From positions 1 through 42,344 of the forward strand of contig DASUSR010000091.1 of NCBI GenBank assembly GCA_036375015.1: a stretch of DNA of 42,344 nucleotides, written 5' to 3'. This stretch comes from Gemmatimonadales bacterium. Lineage in GTDB: Bacteria; Gemmatimonadota; Gemmatimonadetes; Gemmatimonadales; GWC2-71-9. The translations under genes were made by a program, and so were the position numbers. The notes beneath the pieces were generated by a model, which was given only the letters and a program-made list of their open reading frames with translations, made no database searches and was not told the DNA's origin. Below are positions 28,838-35,526 of the stretch, piece after piece (position 1 is the first letter of the stretch; each line of letters begins with the position of its first letter).

Positions 28838-29051
28838 ACGCGAAGACTCTTGATCAAGGGTTGAACCCGCGAGGCATGGCCTAAAGTCATGCGCGGAAAC
28901 GGAATTGTCAATATGGAGTGGCCGGCGGGCGAGGAGGCCGGGGGCCGGACTCCGTACATGTAACCTGTTGTCTGGTCGAAACATTCGCCGCCGAACCAAC
29001 CCCGGCTCTGGAGCATCCACTCCCCCTCACCCCGCTGCCCGCGCCGCCGAG

Positions 29052-29573
29052 CTATCTCAGCACTACCCCCGCCGAGCGCAGCTCGTGGTCGAGCAACCAC
29101 CGCTTGCGGCTGAGTCCGCCGCCGTAACCGACGAGTCCGCCGTCCTTGCCGACCACCCGGTGGCAGGGAATCAGAATGGCGAGATGATTGGCGGCGACGA
29201 GCCAGCCGATCTGTCGGGGATGCAGTCCGGTGGCGCGGGCCACGTCCTCGTAGCTCCGGGTCTCGCCCACGGGGATCTTGCGCAGGGTCTTGAAGACGGC
29301 CACCTGCGCCGGGGAGAGATCGAACCACCGCTTGAGATGCTCGGGGTAGGGAAAGGGGCGGGCGGAGCCGGCGAAGTAGTCGTCCAGCCAGGTGGTGGTG
29401 ACCCGGCAGGGGCCCTGGCCCAGATGCAGCTCCGGGACGGCCGAGCGAAGCCGCACCGCCCACTTGATGGTGGTGGCGCGGTGGGGAAACTCGACCACCA
29501 GCGGCCCGGCCTCGCACTCGACGACCGTGAGCGCGCCGATGGGCGAACTGTACGACGTCCATTCCACGCGCAT
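29052..29573 (-). CDS. ogt: Methylated-DNA--protein-cysteine methyltransferase
   Basis: Active site ILIPCHRVVGKDGGLVGYGGG. ATG at 29573 (MRVEWTS). The upstream part of ORF ..30056 was rejected. Confidence 0.9.
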   Translation of the reverse strand: MRVEWTSYSSPIGALTVVECEAGPLVVEFPHRATTIKWAVRLRSAVPELHLGQGPCRVTTTWLDDYFAGSARPFPYPEHLKRWFDLSPAQVAVFKTLRKIPVGETRSYEDVARATGLHPRQIGWLVAANHLAILIPCHRVVGKDGGLVGYGGGLSRKRWLLDHELRSAGVVLR

Positions 29574-29709
29574 GGTCGCTCCACCGGGGAATCCCGGGGA
29601 AAGGTAGCCCGGCAGCGGCCCGGCTGGGCAGGGGGCGGCGGACGGGTCCCCCCGTGGGGGGTCGGCGCTACATTCCATCCTCCCGTCGGACCTTCCACTC
29701 GAGGATGCC

Positions 29710-31680
29710 ATGCTCCATGCGTTGTTGCTGCTCGCCGCGCTCCAGCAGACCGGCCGGGCCGAGATCTCCAAGGTGACCATCCAGCCGGCCGACGTGGCGG
29801 TCGAGGTCGGTGATTCGGTGAAGCTCACCGCCAGCGCGGTGGACGCCGCGGGGCGTCCGGTGCGGGACGTGACGGTGCGCTGGTTCCAGGCCGGCGGGCA
29901 GTTCGAGGGCGTGGTGGACTCGAGCGGTCTGGTGCGGGCGGGGTCGGTCGGCACCCTGGCGGTGAGCGCCCTCGTGGCGCCCCGGCGGGGCGGCAGCCCG
30001 GTGACCGCGTTCGCGCGCGTCATCGTTCTCCCCCGACCGGCCAGCCGGATCGCCATCGAGCCTTCCCTGACCCGGCTGTACCAGGGCCAGACCGCGACGG
30101 TCGCCGCGGTGCCCTATTCGCCTGACGGCGACCGGCGGCAGGACGAGGTGGTCTGGTCCTCCGACGCGCCTGAAGTCGTGGCGGTGAGCGCCGGAGGTCG
30201 CCTCCTGGCCGGCCGACCGGGCCGTGCGACGGTCACGGCGAAGGCCGGGCGCGCCAGCGAGACCATGACGATCACGGTCGCTCCCAACCCCGCGGCCAGG
30301 GTGGCGCTCGAGCCCGCCCGGGCCTCGGTACGCACCGGGGACGTAGTCCGCTTCAGCTTTCTGGCCCGCACCGGGTCGGGGGAGGCGGTCAGGGACGCCG
30401 TGCCGGACTGGAGCCTCGCGCCGGGCCGCGGCCGGGTGGACCACGATGGGGCGTTCGTGGCCGACGCACCCGGCACCTATCGCGTGCTGGCCCACTTCGC
30501 CGGGAAGACGGCGGAAGCGGTCGTCGAGGTGCGCCCGCGGGATGTCCGGCGCCCGACCACGCTCGTCGGGCGGCTGCCGCTGCCGTTCCCGGCGGCGGAG
30601 TTCTGGCTCCACCCCGACGGGAAGCACGGCTACATCACCACCATGGGCGACCGCGCCTACGCGCTCGACCTGAGCGAGCCGGGGCGGCCGGTCATCACCG
30701 ACTCGGTGGTGGTGGATGCCCGTCACATCAACGATCTCATGACCACCGAGGACGGCAAGTACGGCGTGCTCACCCGGGAGAACGCCTCGACCCGCCGCAA
30801 CGGCATCGTGATCCTCTCCTTCGAGGACCCGGCCCACCCCAAGCCGATCGCCGAGTTCACGGAGACCGTCACCGGCGGCGTGCACAGCACCTTCATCTAC
30901 CGCGGGTACGTCTATCTCACCGACGATGCCACCGGCTCGCTCCGGGTGGTCGACATCCGCGATCCCTACCGGCCGCGCCAGGTGGCACGGTGGGAGACGC
31001 CGTCCAGCCGCGCGGGCAACTACGTCCACGATGTGGACGTCAAGGACGGACTGGCGTATCTGAGCTACTGGAACGACGGGCTGGTGATCCTCGACGTGGG
31101 CAACGGCATCAAGGGCGGCAGCCCGGAGGCCCCGAAGCTGGTCTCGCAGTTCAAATACGACCTCGACGCGCTCTACCGGGACGTCGAGGCGGTGGGCGGG
31201 CCGGGGTTCATCCGCGGCACCCACACGGCTTGGCGGCACGGCAAGTACGTGTTCGTCGGCGACGAGGTCTTCTCCGCCGCGCCGCGCCCGACGGAGGGAT
31301 CCGGCGTGAACGCGCTGGGACGTGCGTACGGACGGCTGCACGTCATCGATGTCTCGGACCTGACCCGTCCGAGGGCGGTGGCCCATTACGAGCCCAGAGA
31401 CGGGGGCGCCCACAACGTGTGGGTCGCCGGGGACACGCTCTATCTCGGCGATTACCAGGGCGGGCTCCGGGTGGTGGACATCTCCGGCGAGCTCCGCGGC
31501 GACCTGTTGAGCCAGGGCCGCGAGATCGCCCACGTGGTCACGGCCGACGGCAACGGCGTGCGGCCCTTCGCACCGAACACCTGGGGGGCGGTCTACCGCG
31601 ACGGGCTGATCTACGCCCCCGACATCAATACCGGGCTGTGGATCGTGCGGGTGGATTCGAGGTCGGAGCTGACACCGTAG
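29710..31680 (+). CDS. Secreted protein with Big_2 Ig-like domains and an LVIVD-repeat beta-propeller
   Basis: Three Big_2-like segments (VKLTASAVDAAG.., TATVAAVPYSPDG.., VRFSFLARTGSG..). These are followed by repeated LRVVDIRDP, GLVILDVG, LHVIDVSD, GLRVVDISG and GLWIVRVD motifs. Confidence 0.8.
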   Translation: MLHALLLLAALQQTGRAEISKVTIQPADVAVEVGDSVKLTASAVDAAGRPVRDVTVRWFQAGGQFEGVVDSSGLVRAGSVGTLAVSALVAPRRGGSPVTAFARVIVLPRPASRIAIEPSLTRLYQGQTATVAAVPYSPDGDRRQDEVVWSSDAPEVVAVSAGGRLLAGRPGRATVTAKAGRASETMTITVAPNPAARVALEPARASVRTGDVVRFSFLARTGSGEAVRDAVPDWSLAPGRGRVDHDGAFVADAPGTYRVLAHFAGKTAEAVVEVRPRDVRRPTTLVGRLPLPFPAAEFWLHPDGKHGYITTMGDRAYALDLSEPGRPVITDSVVVDARHINDLMTTEDGKYGVLTRENASTRRNGIVILSFEDPAHPKPIAEFTETVTGGVHSTFIYRGYVYLTDDATGSLRVVDIRDPYRPRQVARWETPSSRAGNYVHDVDVKDGLAYLSYWNDGLVILDVGNGIKGGSPEAPKLVSQFKYDLDALYRDVEAVGGPGFIRGTHTAWRHGKYVFVGDEVFSAAPRPTEGSGVNALGRAYGRLHVIDVSDLTRPRAVAHYEPRDGGAHNVWVAGDTLYLGDYQGGLRVVDISGELRGDLLSQGREIAHVVTADGNGVRPFAPNTWGAVYRDGLIYAPDINTGLWIVRVDSRSELTP

Positions 31681-31752
31681 GACGGCGGGGCAGCGGGGCG
31701 GTGGGATGGTCGCGGGCCGGGCGGTGCCGGTCCGCGGGGCGACCGGTTCGCG

Positions 31753-31761
31753 TATATTTCA
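31753..31761 (+). promoter_or_regulatory. -10-like TATATTTCA element ending 4 nt before ATG 31766 (possible leaderless mRNA)
   Basis: The same 9-mer occurs at 21876-21884. The TATATT hexamer ends 7 nt before the A of the ATG. Confidence 0.35.
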
Positions 31762-31765
31762 CCGG

Positions 31766-32377
31766 ATGACAAGCCCCAACACGCTGGTTGTGCGCACCTT
31801 CACCGACCGGGCCGAGGGCCTCTCGCACTTCGTCCTGCGGGCCGGCGAGGCACCTCGGCTACTGGCGTTCGACGATGCGCTCGGTTGCCCGGTGGAGACC
31901 GCGCTGGCGGCGCTGGAGTGGACCGGCGCGGTCGGCATCCTGCTGGATGACGACCTGCTTCACGCCGCCCGGCTCACCAGCGAGACGGCCGCCGCGGTGA
32001 TCGAGCGGAAGGGGCCGGACGGCCGGCGCTACGTCTATCTCGGGCCCCGTCTCGACGCCCCGCCCATGGACGTGTTCGAGGGCGCCATCCTCTTCGATGA
32101 GCCCGGCGTCAAGGCGGTCGAGTTCACCCAGCGGGCGCACGCGCTGGCCCACTTCCTCCGCGCCACCGCCGGGGCGGGCGCGCTCCTGGCCCTGCTGGGC
32201 CGGCGGGCGCCCGAGCTTCGCCACCTGCGCCGCTGGCTGGGCCCCATCATCCAGGAGCTCGACGGCCCCCGGCCGCTGGTGGCGGGATGGTTCGCCGCGA
32301 GCGCCGCGGGGTGCCTCTTCTGCTCCGCGGACCGGGAGCCGACCTACCGATACATCGAGGTAGGACTCGAGTCCTGA
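31766..32377 (+). CDS. Hypothetical protein
   Basis: High GC3 throughout. No recognisable motif. Confidence 0.6.
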   Translation: MTSPNTLVVRTFTDRAEGLSHFVLRAGEAPRLLAFDDALGCPVETALAALEWTGAVGILLDDDLLHAARLTSETAAAVIERKGPDGRRYVYLGPRLDAPPMDVFEGAILFDEPGVKAVEFTQRAHALAHFLRATAGAGALLALLGRRAPELRHLRRWLGPIIQELDGPRPLVAGWFAASAAGCLFCSADREPTYRYIEVGLES

Positions 32378-32387
32378 GTTGGTGCAA

Positions 32388-32483
32388 TTGTGGATAAACA
32401 TCTCCACAAAGCTGTGGACGGACCCGGTAGGATGTACCGGCGGTAGGGGTTAGGAATCCACAATTTTCAACCCCGATCCACCA
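32388..32483. promoter_or_regulatory. Cluster of DnaA-box-like motifs (core TCCACA)
   Basis: TGTGGATAA 32389-97 (rc TTATCCACA, a perfect box), ATCTCCACA 32400-08, TGTGGACGG 32413-21, GAATCCACA 32454-62, and the weaker GATCCACCA 32475-83. Confidence 0.5.
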
Positions 32484-32501
32484 CGTAACCCGAATAAAAT
32501 C

Positions 32502-32530
32502 AGGCACTTGCGCGATCGGCGCAGGTGCCT
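32502..32530 (+). terminator. 12-bp hairpin (AGGCACUUGCGC-GAUCG-GCGCAGGUGCCU) flanked by A-rich and U-rich tracts
   Basis: Read directly from the sequence. One pair is a U-G wobble on the + strand only. It is followed by AUCUUAUUCU. Possibly the terminator of 31766..32377. Confidence 0.45.
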
Positions 32531-32564
32531 ATCTTATTCTCCACGCGCCGGCAGGACACGCGCT

Positions 32565-32968
32565 GAGACCCCGAGTCACAGTAGCGGCCAGCAGGCGGGT
32601 TCGAGCGGGATATCAGGGGAGAGAGCCGACGCAACCAAGGGCTCAGGTTCTCGTTGATCCTGGTGATCACCCCGGCTCGAACAGGTGAAGCCAGTCGCGT
32701 GCTTCACCCGCTCCGATCTAGCGCCTCGGAGCGCAGTGCGAAGGGTCGGTCCGCGACCCGATCCGACTCGCAGCGCTCGAATGGACGAACCAGGTGGGAT
32801 GGCCATCCGGCCTGGGGATGGAAGCCAAGGCTCCACCGCGCCCTCCCGAGCGGCGTATCAGCCAACCGGTGGCAGGTGGGAGAAGAACGGCGGCGGAAAC
32901 GCCACGACCTTGGTTAGTCCAATCGGGGAACGGCCGTCTAGCCACGACTAGGCGGCCGTTCTTTTTTT
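32565..32968 (+). ncRNA. Candidate structured ncRNA of unknown class (~400 nt; 5' end uncertain)
   Basis: A non-coding gap with lower GC and poor GC3 in its ORFs. It folds into multiple nested helices closed by CCCCGA 32569-74 / UCGGGG 32923-28, with a GNRA hairpin at 32892-32903, and ends in a strong terminator. Confidence 0.55.
32928..32968 (+). terminator. Strong intrinsic terminator
   Basis: A 14-bp stem (32928-32941 / 32948-32961, one U-G wobble) with a 6-nt loop, followed by T7 (32962-32968). Confidence 0.85.
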
Positions 32969-33996
32969 GCGGCACCCCAGTCGCTCGCCCCCCGGTAGGC
33001 CCTCCGTCGGTCCAACTGCCACACGCCGCGCGTGGTGAGCAATGCGTTACCGGTGTACTGCTCCGGGTCGGCCATGACCTGGGCCATGCTCGCGGTTTTG
33101 GCGCTCGCATCGTCGGCGTAGTGCAGCACCTCCGCCTCGAGCGTCATGGGCGGCGCCGCGGCCCCGAACTCGAGCCGGCCATGGTGGCTGGCCACCAGAT
33201 GCAGCAGCAGGAGCAACTCCGCCTCGGAACAGGGCGGAGGAGTTTGACCGCGGACCCGCCGGCTCAGCATGAGCAGCCCGAGTGCCACGTGGCCCAGAAG
33301 GGCGCCGGCGTCGGTGGCCTCGAAGCCGGTGGCCCAGCGATAGGCCTCGACCTTGCCGATGTCGTGGAGCAGGGCGCCGGCCAGGACCAGGTCGGCGTCG
33401 GCACCGCAGGCCTCGGCCACCGTCTGCCCGATGGCGGCGACCTCGCAGGTGTGCTGGAGCAGCCCGCCGATGGCCGCGTGGTGTCCCATGGTGCTCGCCG
33501 GGCACTGTCCGTAACGGCGACGGAATTCCGCATCGTCGTAGAAGAGCGACACGACCGCCGCGAGACGCGGGCCGCGGATGCGGGCCCGCCAGCCATCGAT
33601 GAGCGCCCAGCGTGGGGCTGCCTCCCCCGCGGAGGGAAGCAGCTCGGCGGCCTCCACCGACGACGGTGCATGCGTGATATGGGAGATCTCGATCTGCCGA
33701 CGCCCGCGATAGGACCGGACCTGGCCCGCGAGGTCCACGACCGCGCCCGGACCGATGCCCTGCAGCAGGTTCCGGCGGCCGCCCCAGAAGGGAGCGGAGT
33801 CGATGGCACCGGCGGCGTTGCGCAGGGTGAGCACCAGGCACTCCTTGCCCTCGCCGTAGTCCCGTGGCTCGACCGCGGTGACGAGGAAGCGGCCCGTGAG
33901 TCTGGCGCCCGGCGGCAGCCGTCCCGGCGGCGCCGCGGCGCATCCGTGGGCCGGCGCAACGCCCGCGGTTAAGCTTGAGGGATGACCCCCCGTCAT
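32938..33996 (-). CDS. yhaM: YhaM-like 3'-5' exoribonuclease (OB-fold + HD domain)
   Basis: HD-domain blocks LLHDIGKVEAY, LLGHVALG, HLVASHHGRLEFGAAAPPMTLEAEVLHYADDASAK are collinear with B. subtilis YhaM. There is an N-terminal OB-like region. The start is uncertain. Confidence 0.78.
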   Translation of the reverse strand: MTGGHPSSLTAGVAPAHGCAAAPPGRLPPGARLTGRFLVTAVEPRDYGEGKECLVLTLRNAAGAIDSAPFWGGRRNLLQGIGPGAVVDLAGQVRSYRGRRQIEISHITHAPSSVEAAELLPSAGEAAPRWALIDGWRARIRGPRLAAVVSLFYDDAEFRRRYGQCPASTMGHHAAIGGLLQHTCEVAAIGQTVAEACGADADLVLAGALLHDIGKVEAYRWATGFEATDAGALLGHVALGLLMLSRRVRGQTPPPCSEAELLLLLHLVASHHGRLEFGAAAPPMTLEAEVLHYADDASAKTASMAQVMADPEQYTGNALLTTRGVWQLDRRRAYRGASDWGAAKKERPPSRG

Positions 33997-34359
33997 GTGC
34001 TGGTTCTCGAGCGCGATCCGGACCGGAGAGCCCGGTTGCTGGAGCAGTTCCGCTCGACGGGCGACCACGCGGTGGCCGCACCCGACGGGGCCGCGGCCGC
34101 GGCAGCGATCGCGCTGCCGGGCTTCGACGCGCTGATGCTGGACCTCGGCACGGCGGATCTCGACCTGGGGCGGTTACGGGAGGCGCTGGCGCCGGCACGG
34201 CCGGCCGAGCCGGAGTCGCTGGAGCAGGCGGAGCGTCGGCACATCGCGCTGGTGCTGGCGCATACGGGAGGCAACAAGCGGCAGGCGGCGCGCCTGCTCG
34301 GGATCTCGCGGTCCACCCTGCTGCACAAGGTACGGAAGTACCGTCTGGAAGGCCGTTGA
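33982..34359 (+). CDS. Small regulator: truncated receiver-like domain fused to a Fis-type HTH (NtrC-like without the AAA+ domain)
   Basis: VLVLERDPDRR...DALMLDL is receiver-like. The C-terminal GNKRQAARLLGISRSTLLHKVRKY is a Fis/NtrC HTH. An alternative GTG start lies at 33997. Confidence 0.7.
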   Translation: MTPRHVLVLERDPDRRARLLEQFRSTGDHAVAAPDGAAAAAAIALPGFDALMLDLGTADLDLGRLREALAPARPAEPESLEQAERRHIALVLAHTGGNKRQAARLLGISRSTLLHKVRKYRLEGR

Positions 34360-34364
34360 ACCGG

Positions 34365-34964
34365 ATGCCGGCGCCGATCCGTGCTCCCCTGCTGCTGACG
34401 CTTGCCTGCCTGACGACCCCTCCGGCCGCCGCACAGCTGGGCGGACCGCTCCCGCCCGCCCGGGTGATCGCCGGCACCCTGAGCTTCGACGGGCACGCCA
34501 CCGTCGGGGACTTCACCGGGACGACTGACGAGGTGAGCGGGGAGATGACCGGGGCCGGCGGTCTGGAGGAGGTGCGTGGCTGGGTGGAGGCACCGGTGCG
34601 CAGCCTCCGGACCGGCGACGGCAGGCGCGACCGGGACCTCAACAAGTCGATGGAGTCGGACGAATACCCGACCATCCGGTTCGAGCTGACCGGGGTGACG
34701 CCGGCCGGCGGCACTGCGGACAGCGCCGCCGTCGCGCTGCTGGGGCGGCTCGTGATTCACGGGGTGACCCGGGAGGCGAGCATGTCCGGCGTGATCCGCG
34801 CCATCAGCGAAGGGATCCGGGTGCGGAGCGATTTCCCGCTCAATCTCAAGGACTACGAGATCGGCGGCCTGAGCAAGATGCTCGGCATGCTGAGGATGGA
34901 CGAGCATATCGAGGTACACGTAGACCTGGTCTTTGCCCCCGAAGAGCGCCGCCCGGAGCCGTAG
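34365..34964 (+). CDS. YceI-like periplasmic (polyisoprenoid-binding) protein
   Basis: Signal peptide, then RSLRTGDGRRDRDLNKSMESDEYPTIRFE and LVIHGVTRE, a YceI-family pattern. Confidence 0.78.
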   Translation: MPAPIRAPLLLTLACLTTPPAAAQLGGPLPPARVIAGTLSFDGHATVGDFTGTTDEVSGEMTGAGGLEEVRGWVEAPVRSLRTGDGRRDRDLNKSMESDEYPTIRFELTGVTPAGGTADSAAVALLGRLVIHGVTREASMSGVIRAISEGIRVRSDFPLNLKDYEIGGLSKMLGMLRMDEHIEVHVDLVFAPEERRPEP

Positions 34965-35042
34965 GGGCCTCCGGGCGGGCCGGCCGCTCGAAGGTGCCGT
35001 CACCCTCCGCTCGACCGACGAGGCATGATTCATGGGCTGCTG

Positions 35043-35471
35043 TCAGGGTCGAGTGATCCGCACCCTGCCCAGTCGGGAGATCACGACCGTCCGGCTGGCG
35101 GAGCCGCGCGTGAAGCGGTAGCTGGCGTTGGCCAGCCCCACCGTGAGCCCGACCGGTGAGAAGGTGATCTGACGGACAGGGCCCGCCATCTGGACGCCGG
35201 TGCCGGCCGGCCCCGGGCGTTTCCACAGACGCCCCGTCCCGCCGGCGATGCGGCAGGCCAGGGAATCGGGGCTGATGGCGAGGACGACCGGCCGGCCGCG
35301 CAGGATGGCGGCGATTCGCGCGCGGCGGTGGGCGGTGACCAGCTCGCGGGCGGCCCGCTCCACTTCGAGGGTGTCATGGAGCGCGGAGAGCCGAGGCAGC
35401 GCGATGCCCAGCGTGAGCCCGGCGACCGCCAGGACCAGCGCCAGCTCGAGCAGGGTGTATCCGTGTCGCAT
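35043..35471 (-). CDS. GspH/FimT-like minor (pseudo)pilin with prepilin N-terminal methylation motif
   Basis: MRHGYTLLELALVLAVAGL: G|YTLLE cleavage/methylation motif followed by a hydrophobic helix. Confidence 0.75.
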   Translation of the reverse strand: MRHGYTLLELALVLAVAGLTLGIALPRLSALHDTLEVERAARELVTAHRRARIAAILRGRPVVLAISPDSLACRIAGGTGRLWKRPGPAGTGVQMAGPVRQITFSPVGLTVGLANASYRFTRGSASRTVVISRLGRVRITRP

Positions 35472-35526
35472 GGCGCCAGGATACGCGTCCGGGATGCGAC
35501 TTCGGACACCCTCTTTGCGCCGAGCG

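Noticed and set aside
28906-28911. TTGACA (minus strand) as a confident csp promoter -35 element.
   Set aside because: No acceptable -10 hexamer lies 16-19 nt downstream. It is mentioned only as a possibility in the csp-leader finding.
32388-32545. Calling the DnaA-box cluster the chromosomal origin (oriC).
   Set aside because: There are only 4-6 boxes, no clear AT-rich unwinding element, and no dnaA, dnaN or gidA nearby. It is kept as a finding but not annotated as an origin.
32561-32572. CUGAGAC as a hammerhead ribozyme CUGANGA core.
   Set aside because: The sequence does not fit CUGA-N-GA, and the required GAAA/UH elements in the correct helical context are absent.
32594-32612. T-loop-like GGGTTCGAGC as part of a tRNA gene.
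   Set aside because: There is no complementary T-stem 3' strand adjacent and no acceptor or anticodon arms. I saw no tRNA-like cloverleaf anywhere in the window.
32576-32951. Three 86-88-aa ORFs (32576..32836 -, 32654..32917 +, 32685..32951 +) inside the non-coding gap.
   Set aside because: Third-position G/C is only about 67% by my count, versus roughly 90% in real genes here. They have no RBS or motifs. The region folds well as RNA and ends in a terminator.
32565-32968. Identification of the structured RNA as RNase P RNA, tmRNA, SRP RNA or 6S RNA.
   Set aside because: It lacks GGAAAGUCCGG/ACAGAACCCGGCUUA (RNase P). It has no 3' T-arm/acceptor-CCA and no tag ORF ending in hydrophobic-Ala-Ala (tmRNA); GGGUUCGAGCGGGAU at 32597-32611 only superficially resembles the tmRNA 5' region. 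It has no GGAA-capped helix-8 motif (SRP). It is too long for 6S. This rejection rests on memory of consensus strings only and needs a cmscan.
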